Positions 7,377 to 18,533 of a stretch of DNA of 64,000 nucleotides are shown here, piece after piece; within the stretch, counting starts at the first letter, position 1; each line of letters begins with the position of its first letter. Below the pieces are notes generated by a model that worked only from the letters and a program-made list of their open reading frames with translations, was not told where the DNA came from and made no database searches. This DNA comes from an uncultured Pseudomonadota bacterium (GTDB taxonomy: Bacteria; Pseudomonadota; Alphaproteobacteria; JACZXZ01). The translations under genes and the position numbers were made by a program. The stretch spans positions 256,001 through 320,000 of the forward strand of contig CAVVLJ010000016.1 in NCBI GenBank assembly GCA_963749075.1, read 5' to 3'.

Positions 7377-8003
7377 TCAACCGAGCGCGGGCACCGTCGC
7401 CTTGTAGCTCGCCCGCGCGGCCATCGCCTCGTTCCAGCGGGCGAGCGACTTGCAGTCCGGCAGCAGTTTCTGGCCCTCGGGAGTCATGCCGAGGTAGAAG
7501 ACGATGGGGGCCAAGAGCAGATCGGCGAGGCTCATGCTGTCGCCGGCGAGCCAGGGCGCGCGCGCGAGCGCCTCGTCGACGACGCCGAGCTCGAGGGCGA
7601 GCTCCGGCTCGGCCGACTTGACCAGCGACTCGTCGGTCGCGCGGTCGAAGAGCTTGGGCGCGAAGCGCTCGAGCACGATCTTGCCGATCATCGTCGGATA
7701 GAGATAGCAGTTGATGGCGCTCAGCCACTGCGTCATGCGCGCGCGACCGGCCGGCGTCGCGGGCTGCAGCGCCGGGCCGGGAAAGGCCTCGTCGATGTAG
7801 CGCATGATCGCCTCCGTCTCGTAGATCACCACATCGCCGTGGCGCAACGCCGGCACCTTGCGGAAGGGGTGCAGCGTGCGATAGGCCTCGCTCTTCGCAT
7901 CGGCGGCCTCGAGCTTGTAGGCGACCCCCTTCTCCTCGCACGCCATGCGCGCGCTGCGCACGTAGGTGCTCTGCGGAAAGCCGTAAAGCGCGAGCTCGCT
8001 CAT
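7377..8003 (-). CDS. Glutathione S-transferase family protein
   Basis: STYVR, HPFRKVPAL, IYETEAIMRYID, SLADL. Confidence 0.9.
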   Translation of the reverse strand: MSELALYGFPQSTYVRSARMACEEKGVAYKLEAADAKSEAYRTLHPFRKVPALRHGDVVIYETEAIMRYIDEAFPGPALQPATPAGRARMTQWLSAINCYLYPTMIGKIVLERFAPKLFDRATDESLVKSAEPELALELGVVDEALARAPWLAGDSMSLADLLLAPIVFYLGMTPEGQKLLPDCKSLARWNEAMAARASYKATVPALG

Positions 8004-8617
8004 GGCATCTCGAACCTTTCGTTGCTCACGGTGGCGCCGACGCGGTTGACGAGGAACGGCACGAGGGATTGGGTCGCGGCGAAGGAGCCGGGACGGCGCA
8101 GCTCGCCGCTCGCCGTACCCTGCCAGACGCGCCGCGCGGCGTGCTGGTCCGAGAGCATCATCGAGAGGTGGACGCGGCGCGGCTCCTCCGCGGCGGCCTG
8201 GTTCGTTCCGCCCGAGCTCGCCTCGTTGCCGAAGAGGTTCTGGTTGAGGCCGCTCAGGACCCCCATGCTCTGCGCCTGGTCGCCGCCCGGCACGGCGCTC
8301 TGCGTCGCTCTCGCGCCGTTCGAGCGGTCGCGGCCCGAGCTTCCGATGACCTCGGTGGCGTAGAACTCGAGGACGTACGGGCCGTCGTCGACGACCTGGT
8401 AGCCGCGCTCGCGCAGCGCGGTTGTAATGGCGGCCTTGAGGCGCTGATACTGGTCCGAGTCGTCCGCTGCCTCGATGGTGATGGCCGCACCGGGAGGGAT
8501 CGCCTGGTAGGAGTGCGCGGTCAGCAAGCCCGAGGCGGCCGGGGGCTCCGTCTGTGCCTTGGCTTGCGGCGCAGCCGCGATCAGCAAGGCGACCGCCAGC
8601 ACGTGGAGCTTCCCCAT
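8000..8617 (-). CDS. Exported hypothetical protein (DUF4136-like)
   Basis: Signal peptide; 'ALRERGY', 'RVWQGTA'; overlaps GST start. Confidence 0.6.
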   Translation of the reverse strand: MGKLHVLAVALLIAAAPQAKAQTEPPAASGLLTAHSYQAIPPGAAITIEAADDSDQYQRLKAAITTALRERGYQVVDDGPYVLEFYATEVIGSSGRDRSNGARATQSAVPGGDQAQSMGVLSGLNQNLFGNEASSGGTNQAAAEEPRRVHLSMMLSDQHAARRVWQGTASGELRRPGSFAATQSLVPFLVNRVGATVSNERFEMP

Positions 8618-8755
8618 CCTCGTCCTCCTCGAGACCGCCGCCGCCTTGCCGCGGCGCGCGGACGCCCCCGGAGAGTCATAGAGTAATGAAAGAGCGAGCG
8701 GGGCGCCACCGTCATCCGCTGCGTCGTCCCTCGCCTCGCTGCCGCCGGCACGGAC

Positions 8756-9511
8756 TCACGCCTGGGAGGTGGGCAGCAGAACGAGCTGGGCGACCACGAC
8801 GTGGGGCGGCTGATCGAGCGCGAAGAGAATCGCGCGCACCACGTCGTCGGTGCCGAGGAGCGTCTTGAAGGAGGCATAGAAGGCGTCCGCGGCCTCCTTG
8901 TCGCCGCGCCAGCGCGCTTCGGCGAAGCCGCTCCGCGCCGTGCCGGGCATGATCTCGCTCACGCGCAGCGCCGTCTCCCTGAGCTCGGCGCGCAGCGCAT
9001 CGCTCAGCATATGCACGGCCGCCTTGCTGGCGTTGTAGGCGGCGATCCCCGCCACCGGCCGCAAGGCCGCGATCGAGCCCAGATTGACGATGTGTCCGCG
9101 CCCGCGCGCGATCATGCCCGGCAGCACCGCCCGCGTCACGCGCATGAGGCCGCTCACGTTGGTCTCGATGGTGGCCGCCCAATCGGCAATGGCGCCCTCC
9201 GCGAAGCGGCGGCGGCCGCCCACGTCGGAGCCCGCGTTGTTGACGAGGATGTCGATCGCCCGCCACGCCTCCGGCAGCGCCTCGATGAGGCCGCCCGTCG
9301 CCTCGGCGTCCGTCACGTCGAGTGCCAGGGGAAGGACGCGCTCGCCGTAGCGCTCGGCGAGGCCTGCGACACGCTCGCGCTTGCGCGCGGTCGCGATCAC
9401 GCGGGCGCCGCGCGCGACGAGCGCGTGGGCCAACGCCTCACCGATGCCGCTCGACGCCCCGGTCACGAGCGCCCTGCAGCCCGCGCGGAGGATGGATTGG
9501 CCGTCGCTCAT
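8756..9511 (-). CDS. SDR oxidoreductase (YdfG-like)
   Basis: TGASSGIG, ILVNNAG, YNASK. Confidence 0.9.
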   Translation of the reverse strand: MSDGQSILRAGCRALVTGASSGIGEALAHALVARGARVIATARKRERVAGLAERYGERVLPLALDVTDAEATGGLIEALPEAWRAIDILVNNAGSDVGGRRRFAEGAIADWAATIETNVSGLMRVTRAVLPGMIARGRGHIVNLGSIAALRPVAGIAAYNASKAAVHMLSDALRAELRETALRVSEIMPGTARSGFAEARWRGDKEAADAFYASFKTLLGTDDVVRAILFALDQPPHVVVAQLVLLPTSQA

Positions 9512-9654
9512 GGCAGGCTCTCCAGCACGGCGCGGCCGCCTCGCGCGACTATGGCTCGACCTTGGGGACCGGCGTTGCGGAGCGGCGCATGGACATCCGC
9601 CGGGGCGTGCCCCATGATCGCCTCCCCCTCTCACGGGGCAGGAGACCGCCGATC

Positions 9655-10440
9655 ATGGCGTATGAGACACTGCTGGTCGAGACCGATGCGCGCGGCGTGG
9701 CGCGGCTCACCCTCAACCGGCCCGAGGCGCATAACGCGCTCTCCGAACAGATGCTGGCGGAGCTGCCGCAGGCGGTGCAGGCTCTCGATGGGGACCCCGC
9801 CGTGCGGGTCGTGGTGCTGAGCGGTGCCGGGGAAAGCTTCTCGGCGGGCGGCGATCTGCGCTGGATGCAGGAGGCGATCGGGCTCGACCGGGCCGGACGC
9901 ATCGCCGCCTCGGGCAGGGTCGCGGCGGTCCTCGCAGCGCTCGACGGCCTCTCCAAGCCCCTCGTCGGCCGCATCAATGGCGCCGCCTACGGCGGCGCCG
10001 TCGGGCTCGTCGCGGTGTGCGATGTGGCGATCGCCGCGCGGAGCGCGCGCTTCGGGCTCACCGAGGTGCGCCTCGGCCTCATCCCGGCCAATATCGGGCC
10101 TTACGTCGCCAAGCGTCTCGGGCCGGCCAAGGCGCGCGAGATCTTCTTCAACGGCAAGCTGTTCGATGCCGAGGGGGCGGCAAGGCTCGGCCTCGTCTCG
10201 CAGGTCGTCGACGAAGGCGAGCTCGATGCCGCGGTCGCGCGCGAGGTGCTGCTCTTTCTCAATTGCGGACCGCGGGCGGTCGCCGCGGCGAAAGCGCTCC
10301 TCCGCCATATCGAGCGGCATGGCGCTTCCGAGAGCATCGACCATGCGATCGCGCGCCTGGCGGACGCCTGGGAGGACGCGGAGAGCCGCGAGGGCATCGC
10401 CGCCTTCTTCGCGAAGCGCAAGCCCGCCTGGGCTCCCTGA
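9655..10440 (+). CDS. Enoyl-CoA hydratase family protein (methylglutaconyl-CoA hydratase-like)
   Basis: LNRPEAHNAL, FSAGGDL, FGLTEVRLGLIPA. Confidence 0.9.
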   Translation: MAYETLLVETDARGVARLTLNRPEAHNALSEQMLAELPQAVQALDGDPAVRVVVLSGAGESFSAGGDLRWMQEAIGLDRAGRIAASGRVAAVLAALDGLSKPLVGRINGAAYGGAVGLVAVCDVAIAARSARFGLTEVRLGLIPANIGPYVAKRLGPAKAREIFFNGKLFDAEGAARLGLVSQVVDEGELDAAVAREVLLFLNCGPRAVAAAKALLRHIERHGASESIDHAIARLADAWEDAESREGIAAFFAKRKPAWAP

Positions 10441-10606
10441 ACCTGGTGTCGTCTCGCCCCTCGCCGCCCTCGGTCAGCACGCGAAGCCCTTGCCAGGCTC
10501 AGCGGAACGAGGTTCCGAGCTTGGCTTTCCCATTGTGATTATTGTATGATCTGCGCCACGCTTCGTGTCGTGCCGCGGGGAGGGCGGGGAGCGGGAGGGG
10601 GGAATA

Positions 10607-11998
10607 ATGAAGAGACGGGTCGTCGGGAACGCAATCGCCGTGCTCGCCCTCATGCTGGCGCCGGGGCTCGCCGAGCGCGCCTTTGCCGCCGGCTTCCAGC
10701 TCTTCGACCAGAGTCCGAGCGGGGAGGGCGACGCCTTTGCCGGTGCCGCCGCGGTGGCGGAGGACGCCTCGACCATCTTCGCCAATCCCGCGGGCTTGAC
10801 CTACCTGAACGGCTACCAGACGCAGGCGGGCGTCAACGTCATCATACCGGACGGCACCTTCAGCCCGAGCACCGCCAAGACCGCGCCGAGCCCGTTCGCC
10901 GGCCTCGCACCGACGGCACTGACCGGCCAGGCTAACGCCGACTTCGGCGAGACCGTAGCAGCGCCGCACGTCTATGTCGCCGCTCCCTTGAGTTTCGTCG
11001 CGGACGGCCTGTGGGCCGGCCTCGGGATCACGGCACCCTTCGGCCTGGTCACGGACTACGGCAGCAACACCTGGATCGGCCGCTATTACGCCGAGCGCAC
11101 CGAGCTCACCACCATCGCTGCGACCCCCTCGCTCGCCTACAAGCTCGCCAATTGGCTCTCGCTCGGGGCCGGCGTCGACATCATGTATGGCAGCGCCAAC
11201 CTGACGCAGGCGGTGGACTTCGGCTCCATTTGCACCAACGCCGCCGGCGCCGGGACCTGCGGCCTCTTCGGCCTTTCGCCCCAGGCCAATGACGGTCAGG
11301 TGAAGTTCACCGGCGACGATACGACGGTCGGCTGGAACGTCGGTGCGATGCTGCAGCCGCTCGATCAGCTGCGCATCGGCCTGGCCTACCGCTCGGGTTA
11401 CGATGTGAGGCTCAAAGGGACGGCGGATTTCTCGGTGCCGGCAGCCTACCGCGCGCTGCAGGGTGCGGTGCCCGCCTTCGCCGGCAACTTCATCAACACG
11501 AGCGCTTCGGCGAAGCTGCCCTTGCCCGCCACCGCGAGCTTCTCGGTGGCCGAGCAGGCGACGCCCAAATGGACGGTCCTCGCCGACGTGAGCTGGACCC
11601 AGTGGAGCCGCTTTCAGAACTTCACCATCACCTTCGCCAACCCGGCCCAGCCGGCGCAGGTGACCACCGAGAACTGGCACGATACGGTTCGCGAGTCCCT
11701 GGGCGCCATCTTCGCGGCGAGCGACAGGGCCAAGCTGCGCTTCGGCATCGCCTGGGATCCGACGCCGGTGAGCACCGCCAACCGCACGCTCAACATCCCC
11801 GACGACAGCCGCATCTGGACCTCGATCGGCTACAACATCCGCCTGATCGACAACCTGTCGTTGGATGCCGCGTACAGCCACCTCTGGGTACCCGGCAATT
11901 CCAAGATCAACCTGAGCACCGCCAACCAAGGCACGATCACCGGCACCTTCGCCTCCTCGGTCGACATCGTGACCATCGGGCTCAAGTACACCTTCTAG
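10607..11998 (+). CDS. fadL: Outer-membrane long-chain fatty acid transporter (FadL/OmpP1)
   Basis: Signal peptide then AGFQL; DASTIFANPAGL; APFGL; terminal YTF. Confidence 0.9.
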   Translation: MKRRVVGNAIAVLALMLAPGLAERAFAAGFQLFDQSPSGEGDAFAGAAAVAEDASTIFANPAGLTYLNGYQTQAGVNVIIPDGTFSPSTAKTAPSPFAGLAPTALTGQANADFGETVAAPHVYVAAPLSFVADGLWAGLGITAPFGLVTDYGSNTWIGRYYAERTELTTIAATPSLAYKLANWLSLGAGVDIMYGSANLTQAVDFGSICTNAAGAGTCGLFGLSPQANDGQVKFTGDDTTVGWNVGAMLQPLDQLRIGLAYRSGYDVRLKGTADFSVPAAYRALQGAVPAFAGNFINTSASAKLPLPATASFSVAEQATPKWTVLADVSWTQWSRFQNFTITFANPAQPAQVTTENWHDTVRESLGAIFAASDRAKLRFGIAWDPTPVSTANRTLNIPDDSRIWTSIGYNIRLIDNLSLDAAYSHLWVPGNSKINLSTANQGTITGTFASSVDIVTIGLKYTF

Positions 11999-12111
11999 GT
12001 ATCCTGAGCGCTTCCCGCGGGGGGCGAGGAGCGGCCCGACGTGCCGCCGTTCGCGGGGCCGCGGCGCCTGTCGCCGCCGACACTGCGCCGGCCGGCGTGC
12101 GCGCGGGCTCA

Positions 12112-12140
12112 TTGACGCTATCGCCACCGGCGATTAGGCT
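12112..12140 (+). promoter_or_regulatory. sigma70-like promoter of fadD-fadA-fadN
   Basis: TTGACG-N17-TAGGCT. Confidence 0.55.
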
Positions 12141-12171
12141 CGGGTCGCGTTTTCGATGAACGGGAGCCGCA

Positions 12172-13872
12172 ATGACCGGCGAGGCTGAAAGGGTCAACGA
12201 GCGGCCCTGGGCGAAGTCCTATCCGCCGGGCGTCCCTCTTGCGCTCAGCATACCCGAGAAGTCGTTTGCGCTGCTGCTCGAGGAGGCGGCGGCGGAGTTT
12301 GCCCCGCGCCCAGCACTCGATTTCCTCGACCGCCGCATGAGCTATCGCGAGCTCGCGGATATCGTGAGGCGCGCCGCCGCGGGCTTTCAGGCGCTCGGCG
12401 TGGCGCCCGGGGTCAAGGTCGGCCTCATGCTGCCCAATTGCCCCTATTACGTCATCTGCTATTTCGCCGTGCTCAAGGCCGGCGGCACGGTCGTCAATTA
12501 CAACCCGCTCTACGTGGCGCGCGAGATCGTCCATCAGATCGACGATTCCGAGACCGCGATCATGGTGACGCTCGATCTCAAGCAGCTCTACGACAAGGTG
12601 GCGCTGGCGCTGAGCCAGTCGAGCCTCGAGCACATCGTGGTCGGGCGCATGGCCGGGCTGCTGCCGTTCCCGAAGAACCTGCTCTTCCCGATCGTGCGGC
12701 GGGGCGAGCTCGCCCGCGTGCCGAGCGACGAGCGCCACGTGGCGTTCGAGCGGCTCGTCGCCAACGAGGGCCGCGTGCGCGAGGTGACCATCGATCCGCG
12801 GCGCGACATCGCCGTGCTGCAATATACCGGCGGCACCACCGGCACGCCGAAGGGCGCTTCTCTCACGCATCGCAATCTGTGGGCGAACCTGCTGCAGATC
12901 GAGCATTGGTTCCCCGAGGTCGAGCGCGGCAGGGAGCGCACCTTGTGCGTGCTGCCCTTCTTCCACGTCTTCGCCATGACCGCGGTGATGAACTACGCGA
13001 TCCGAAGCGGCGGGCTCATGATCCTCTTGCCGCGCTTCGAGCTCGCCCAGGTGCTGAAGACCATCGCGCGGAAGCGCCCGACCCTCTTCCCCGGCGTGCC
13101 CACCATCTACACGGCGATCAACAACGCGCCCGATCTCGCCAAGTACGACCTCTCCTCGATCAAGCTCTGCATCTCGGGCGCCGCCACGCTGCCGCTCGAG
13201 GTCAAGCGCCAGTTCGAGGCGCACACCGGATGCAAGCTCGTCGAGGGCTATGGGCTGAGCGAGGCCTCGCCCGTCGTCTGCTGCAACCCGATCAACGGGA
13301 TCAACAAGCCGGGCTCGATCGGCCTGCCGCTGCCGGACACCGACGTGCGCATCATGTCGCTCGAGGAAGAGCGCCGGCCGCTCGGCGCGGGCGAGCGCGG
13401 CGAGCTCTGGGTGCGCGGGCCGCAGGTGATGGCGGGCTACTGGCACCGGCCCGAGGAGACGGCGCTCACGCTGACCGACGGCTGGGTCCATACCGGCGAC
13501 GTGGGCTATATGGACGGGGACGGCTATTTCTTCATCGTCGACCGCCTCAAGGAGGTGATCGTCGCCGGCGGCTACAAGATCTACCCGCGCAACGTCGAGG
13601 AGGCGATCTATCAGAACCCCGCCGTCGCGGAGGCGGCGGTCGTCGGCACGCCCGACCGCTACCGCGGCCACACGGTCAAGGCCTTCGTCGTGCTGCACAA
13701 GGGAGCTGTGCTCGACCAGGAGAGCCTCTTGGCCTTCCTTGCCGACAAGCTCTCGCCGATCGAGATGCCGAAGCTCATCGAGTTCCGCACGGCATTGCCC
13801 AAGTCCGCGGTCGGCAAGATCCTCAAGAAGGCCCTGGTCGAGGACGCTCCGGCCGATGCCGGACAGCATTGA
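12172..13872 (+). CDS. fadD: Long-chain fatty acid-CoA ligase
   Basis: YTGGTTGTPKG, EGYGLSE, TGDVG, LPKSAVGKILK. Confidence 0.92.
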   Translation: MTGEAERVNERPWAKSYPPGVPLALSIPEKSFALLLEEAAAEFAPRPALDFLDRRMSYRELADIVRRAAAGFQALGVAPGVKVGLMLPNCPYYVICYFAVLKAGGTVVNYNPLYVAREIVHQIDDSETAIMVTLDLKQLYDKVALALSQSSLEHIVVGRMAGLLPFPKNLLFPIVRRGELARVPSDERHVAFERLVANEGRVREVTIDPRRDIAVLQYTGGTTGTPKGASLTHRNLWANLLQIEHWFPEVERGRERTLCVLPFFHVFAMTAVMNYAIRSGGLMILLPRFELAQVLKTIARKRPTLFPGVPTIYTAINNAPDLAKYDLSSIKLCISGAATLPLEVKRQFEAHTGCKLVEGYGLSEASPVVCCNPINGINKPGSIGLPLPDTDVRIMSLEEERRPLGAGERGELWVRGPQVMAGYWHRPEETALTLTDGWVHTGDVGYMDGDGYFFIVDRLKEVIVAGGYKIYPRNVEEAIYQNPAVAEAAVVGTPDRYRGHTVKAFVVLHKGAVLDQESLLAFLADKLSPIEMPKLIEFRTALPKSAVGKILKKALVEDAPADAGQH

Positions 13873-13929
13873 GAGGCATGCCGCGGCAAGGGTGCCGGCC
13901 CGCGTGCCCTGGAGGAAGGAGACGCTCTC

Positions 13930-15069
13930 ATGAAGAACGTGGTGATCGCGGGCTATGCCCGCTCGCCATTCCATCTCGCCAACCGGGGCGAGCTCAGGCG
14001 CGTGCGGCCGGACGAGATGGCGGCCCAGGTGGTGGCAGCACTCGTCGCGCGCACCAAGGTCGATCCCGCCGACATCGAGGACCTCATCGTCGGCTGCGCC
14101 ATGCCCGAAGGCGAGCAGGGGCTCAACGTGGCGCGCCTCATCGGCTTCCTCGCCCACCTGCCGATCGCGGTCGCGGGCACCACGGTCAACCGCTTCTGCG
14201 GCTCCTCGATGCAGGCGATCCACATGGCGGCGGGCGCCATCCAGCTCGGCGCCGGCGAGGCCTTCATCTGCGCCGGCGTCGAATCGATGACGCGCGTGCC
14301 CATGATGGGCTTCAATCCGCTGCCCCATCCCGGCCTCGCCAAGGACTATCCGCAGGCCTACATCTCGATGGGCATGACCGCCGAGAACGTCGCGCGCAAA
14401 TACCAGATCACGCGCGCCGAGCAGGACGCCTTTGCCGTCGAGAGCCAAAAGAAGGCCGCCGCCGCAGAAGCCGCCGGCAAGCTCGCGGACGAGATCGTCG
14501 CCATCAAGGCGGACGGCAAGACGGTCGACAAGGACGGCTGCATCCGCGCCGACACCAGCGCCGAGGGACTGGCGGCGCTCAAGCCCGCCTTCGACGAGCA
14601 CGGCTCGGTGACGGCGGGCACCTCCTCGCCCTTGACCGACGGCGCTGCCGCGACCCTCGTCTGCACCGAGGACTATGCCGCGAGGAAGGGGCTCGAGCCG
14701 ATCGCGCGCCTAAGAAGCGTGGCGGTCGCCGGCTGCGCGCCGGAGATCATGGGGATCGGGCCGGTGGCGGCGACCCGCAAGGCGCTCGCGCGCGCCGGCC
14801 TCGACATCAAGGACATCGACATCGTCGAGCTCAACGAGGCCTTCGCCTCCCAGTCGATCGCCTGCATGCGCGATCTCGGCATCGACGCGGCCAAGGTCAA
14901 CCTCGACGGCGGCGCCATCGCCCTCGGCCATCCGCTCGGCGCCACGGGTGCGCGCATCACCGGCAAGGCGGCGGCCCTCCTCAAGCGCGAGGGCAAGCGC
15001 TACGCGCTCGCGACGCAATGCATCGGCGGCGGCCAGGGCATCGCCAGCGTGCTGGAGGCCGTGTCGTGA
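13930..15069 (+). CDS. fadA: Acetyl-CoA acyltransferase (thiolase)
   Basis: NRFCGSS, ELNEAFA, GHPLGATG, CIGGGQG. Confidence 0.92.
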   Translation: MKNVVIAGYARSPFHLANRGELRRVRPDEMAAQVVAALVARTKVDPADIEDLIVGCAMPEGEQGLNVARLIGFLAHLPIAVAGTTVNRFCGSSMQAIHMAAGAIQLGAGEAFICAGVESMTRVPMMGFNPLPHPGLAKDYPQAYISMGMTAENVARKYQITRAEQDAFAVESQKKAAAAEAAGKLADEIVAIKADGKTVDKDGCIRADTSAEGLAALKPAFDEHGSVTAGTSSPLTDGAAATLVCTEDYAARKGLEPIARLRSVAVAGCAPEIMGIGPVAATRKALARAGLDIKDIDIVELNEAFASQSIACMRDLGIDAAKVNLDGGAIALGHPLGATGARITGKAAALLKREGKRYALATQCIGGGQGIASVLEAVS

Positions 15070-17396
15070 GGATCGAGAAGGCGGCGGTCATCGGCGCCGG
15101 CGTGATGGGGAGCGGCATTGCCGCGCACATCGCCAACGCCGGGGTGCCCGTGCTGCTCCTCGACATCGTGCCGCCCGGCGCCAAGAGCCGCAGCCAGCTC
15201 GCGGAAGCCGCCGTCGCGCGCATGCTCAAGGCCGATCCCGCCCCCTTCATGTCCAAGTCCGCGGCGAGGTTGGTGACGGCGGGCAATCTCGAGGACGATC
15301 TCGGCAAGCTCGCGGACGCGGACTGGATCGTCGAGGCGGTGGTCGAGGACGCGGAGGTGAAGCGCGCGCTCTACGCCAAGCTCGAGGGTGCCCGCAAGGC
15401 GGGCTCGGCCGTCTCCTCCAACACCTCGACCATTCCGCTCGCCAAGCTCACGGAGGGCCTGCCCAGATCCTTCGCCAAGGACTTCCTCATCACCCATTTC
15501 TTCAATCCGCCGCGCTACATGCGCCTCCTCGAGCTCGTCACCGGCAGCACCACGCGCAAGACGGCCGCGGACGCGGTCCGGCGCTTCGCCGACGAGCGCC
15601 TCGGCAAGGGGGTCGTCGCCTGCAAGGACACGCCAGGCTTCATCGCCAACCGCATCGGCACGCTCTGGCTCCAGCTCGCCGTCGCGAGCGCCGTCGAGAT
15701 GGGCCTCACGGTCGAGGAGGCGGACGCGGTCGCAGGAAGGCCCATGGGCATCCCCAAGACGGGGGTCTTCGGCCTCCTCGACCTCGTCGGCATCGACCTC
15801 ATGCCCCATGTGGCGGCGAGCATGCTGGCCTCGCTGCCCGAGGGCGACATGTACCGCGGCGTCTACCGCGAGTTCCCTCTCGTGAAGAAGATGATCGCGG
15901 AGGGCTATACCGGGCGCAAGGGCAAGGGCGGCTTCTACCGGCTCGCGCGCAACGAGGGCGGCGAGCGCGTCAAGGAGGCGATCGATCTCGCAAGCGGGAC
16001 CTACGCGCCGTCGCACAGGGTGCACCTCGAGAGCGTCGAGGCGGCGCGCAAGGGGAAGCTCCGCGCCCTCGTCGAGCATCCCGACAAGGGCGGCCGCTAT
16101 GCCTGGCGCGTGCTCAGCCACGTGCTCGCCTATGCCGCCTCGCTGGTGCCCGAGATCGCCGACACGATCGCCGCGGTCGACGAGGCGATGCGGCTCGGCT
16201 ACGCCTGGCGCTACGGGCCGTTCGAGCTCATCGACCAGCTCGGGAGCGCCTGGCTCGCCGAGCGGCTCGCCGCCTCCGGCATGGCCGTGCCGCCGCTCCT
16301 CGAGCGCGCGGCAGGGCGGCCCTTCTACCGCACCGAGGCTGGCAAGCTGCAATATCTCACGACCGCGGGCGATTATGCCGAGCTCGTGCGGCCGGCGGGC
16401 GTGCTCCTCCTCGCGGACGTGAAGCGCGCCTCCCAGCCGCTCCTCAAGAACGGCTCGGCCTCGCTGTGGGACATCGGCGACGGCGTCGTCTGCCTCGAGT
16501 TCCACAGCAAGATGAACGCCATGGATCCCGACATCCTCGATCTCGTCCAGAAGACGATCAAGCTGGTGAAGGAGAAGTACAAGGCGCTCGTCATCCACAA
16601 CGAGGCCGATAACTTCTCAGTCGGCGCCAACATCGGCCTGGCACTCTTCGCCGCCAACGTGGCCCTCTGGCCCGCCATCGAGGAGATGGTGGCCAAGGGC
16701 CAGGCGACCTACAAGGCGCTCAAATACGCGCCCTTCCCGGTGGTGGCAGCTCCTGCGGGCATGGCGCTCGGCGGCGGCTGCGAGATCCTCCTCCATTCGA
16801 GCGCCGTGCAGGCCCATGCCGAGACCTACGCCGGCCTCGTCGAGGTGGGGGTCGGCCTGGTGCCGGGGTGGGGCGGCTGCAAGGAGGTGCTGACGCGCTG
16901 GCTCTTCAATCCGAAGCGGCCGGGCGGGCCGATGCCGGCCATCGCCAAGGCCTTCGAGATGATCGGCACCGCGCAAGTTGCAAAGTCGGCCTTCGAGGCC
17001 CGGGAGATGCTGCTGTTGCGCGAGGGCGACGGCATCACCATGAACCGCGACCGCCTCTTGGCCGACGCCAAGGCCAGGGCGCTCAAGCTCGCTCGGCGCT
17101 ACAAGCCTCCCGAGCCGCCCAGGGAGATCCGCCTCCCCGGCCCGACCGCCAAGGCAGCACTCGAGCTCGCGGTCGACGGCTTCCGCCACCAGGGCAAGGC
17201 GACGCCGCACGACGTGACCGTCTCTCGCGAGCTCGCGACCGTCCTCAGCGGCGGGGCGACCGACATCACCGACACGCTCGGCGAGGACGATCTCACCAAG
17301 CTCGAGCGCCAGGCCTTCATGACGCTGATCCGCACGGAAGGCACGCTGCAGCGCATCGAGCACATGCTCGAGACCGGCAAACCTTTGAGGAACTAG
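15066..17396 (+). CDS. 3-hydroxyacyl-CoA dehydrogenase / enoyl-CoA hydratase (FadN-type domain order)
   Basis: GTG overlaps thiolase stop; GAGVMG, SSNTS, HFFNP, C-terminal crotonase FSVGAN, ends GKPLRN. Confidence 0.92.
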   Translation: MRIEKAAVIGAGVMGSGIAAHIANAGVPVLLLDIVPPGAKSRSQLAEAAVARMLKADPAPFMSKSAARLVTAGNLEDDLGKLADADWIVEAVVEDAEVKRALYAKLEGARKAGSAVSSNTSTIPLAKLTEGLPRSFAKDFLITHFFNPPRYMRLLELVTGSTTRKTAADAVRRFADERLGKGVVACKDTPGFIANRIGTLWLQLAVASAVEMGLTVEEADAVAGRPMGIPKTGVFGLLDLVGIDLMPHVAASMLASLPEGDMYRGVYREFPLVKKMIAEGYTGRKGKGGFYRLARNEGGERVKEAIDLASGTYAPSHRVHLESVEAARKGKLRALVEHPDKGGRYAWRVLSHVLAYAASLVPEIADTIAAVDEAMRLGYAWRYGPFELIDQLGSAWLAERLAASGMAVPPLLERAAGRPFYRTEAGKLQYLTTAGDYAELVRPAGVLLLADVKRASQPLLKNGSASLWDIGDGVVCLEFHSKMNAMDPDILDLVQKTIKLVKEKYKALVIHNEADNFSVGANIGLALFAANVALWPAIEEMVAKGQATYKALKYAPFPVVAAPAGMALGGGCEILLHSSAVQAHAETYAGLVEVGVGLVPGWGGCKEVLTRWLFNPKRPGGPMPAIAKAFEMIGTAQVAKSAFEAREMLLLREGDGITMNRDRLLADAKARALKLARRYKPPEPPREIRLPGPTAKAALELAVDGFRHQGKATPHDVTVSRELATVLSGGATDITDTLGEDDLTKLERQAFMTLIRTEGTLQRIEHMLETGKPLRN

Positions 17397-18530
17397 TGTA
17401 CCGGCACTAACAAAAGGATTCCCTGAGTTGCGCGGGGATGCGAATCTCGGGGCATGGAAGGTGGATGTTGCATCTGGCTATCTCCCGAGGACCGGGGTCG
17501 GTTGGACGGCTGGGTAGCGGGCCGGAACACGCCACAGAAGCTGGCGTGGCGGGCGCGGATCGTGCTGATGTGGGCTGCCGGAGCCGGCGTGACGGCGATT
17601 GTGCGGGCGACCGGCAAGACCAAGAAGACCGCCTATCGCTGGCGCGCCCGCTACGTCGAGCGCGGCGTTCGGGGGCTTGAGCGCGATGCCAGCCGGCCTG
17701 GCCGTAAGAAGCCGTTGAGCGCGGCGGTGATTGAGCGGGTGGTTGCTATGACGCTGCACGAGACGCCGCCGGCGGCCACGCAGTGGAGCGCGCGCAGCCT
17801 TGCCCGGGCGGTCGGGCTGAGCCACACAAGCGTGCAGCGCATCTGGGCCGCCCACGGCCTCAAGCCGCATCTGGCGAAGACGTTCAAGCTGTCCAACGAC
17901 AAGCAGTTCGTCGACAAGGTTGTGGATGTCGTTGGCCTCTATTTGACCCCGCCGGACAAGGCTCTCGTGCTCTCGGTCGATGAGAAGAGCCAGATCCAAG
18001 CGCTTGACCGGACGCAACCGGGCTTGCCAATGAAGAAGGGGCGGGCCGGAACGATGACCCACGACTACAAGCGCCACGGCACGACGACCTTGTTCGCCGC
18101 GCTCGACGTCGCCACCGGTCAAGTGATCGGGCGATGCATGAAGCGGCATCGCCACCAGGAATGGCGGCGTTTCCTGCGCACCATCGACCGCAGCACACCC
18201 AAGGCGCTCGCGCTGCACCTGATCGCCGACAATTACGCCACCCATAAGCACCCGGCGGTCAAAGCGTGGTTGGCCAAGCATCCCCGCTTCCACATGCACT
18301 TCACCCCGACTTCGGCATCTTGGCTCAACCAAGTCGAACGCTTTTTCGCCCTGATCACTGAGGACCGCATCCGCCGCGGCGTCTTCAAAAGCGTCGGCGA
18401 ACTCGAAGCCGCCATTCAAGACTACTTGGAGCATCACAATGCCGATCCAAAACCCTTCGTGTGGACTGCCCCCGCCGCCGATATCCTGCAAAAGGTCGCC
18501 CGGGGGTGACAAACTTTAGTGCCGGTACAC
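17396..18530 (+). mobile_element. IS630-family insertion sequence, intact
   Basis: Inverted repeats CTAGTGTACCGGCACTAA (17393-17410) / TTAGTGCCGGTACACTAG (18516-18533), including the flanking TA. Confidence 0.93.
17454..18509 (+). CDS. IS630 transposase
   Basis: [44 protein letters not shown]. Confidence 0.95.
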   Translation: MEGGCCIWLSPEDRGRLDGWVAGRNTPQKLAWRARIVLMWAAGAGVTAIVRATGKTKKTAYRWRARYVERGVRGLERDASRPGRKKPLSAAVIERVVAMTLHETPPAATQWSARSLARAVGLSHTSVQRIWAAHGLKPHLAKTFKLSNDKQFVDKVVDVVGLYLTPPDKALVLSVDEKSQIQALDRTQPGLPMKKGRAGTMTHDYKRHGTTTLFAALDVATGQVIGRCMKRHRHQEWRRFLRTIDRSTPKALALHLIADNYATHKHPAVKAWLAKHPRFHMHFTPTSASWLNQVERFFALITEDRIRRGVFKSVGELEAAIQDYLEHHNADPKPFVWTAPAADILQKVARG

Positions 18531-18533
18531 TAG

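Noticed and set aside
12438-17396. 1652-aa giant ORF
   Set aside because: Only 15066-17396 is protein-like; the upstream part is an alternative frame over fadD and fadA
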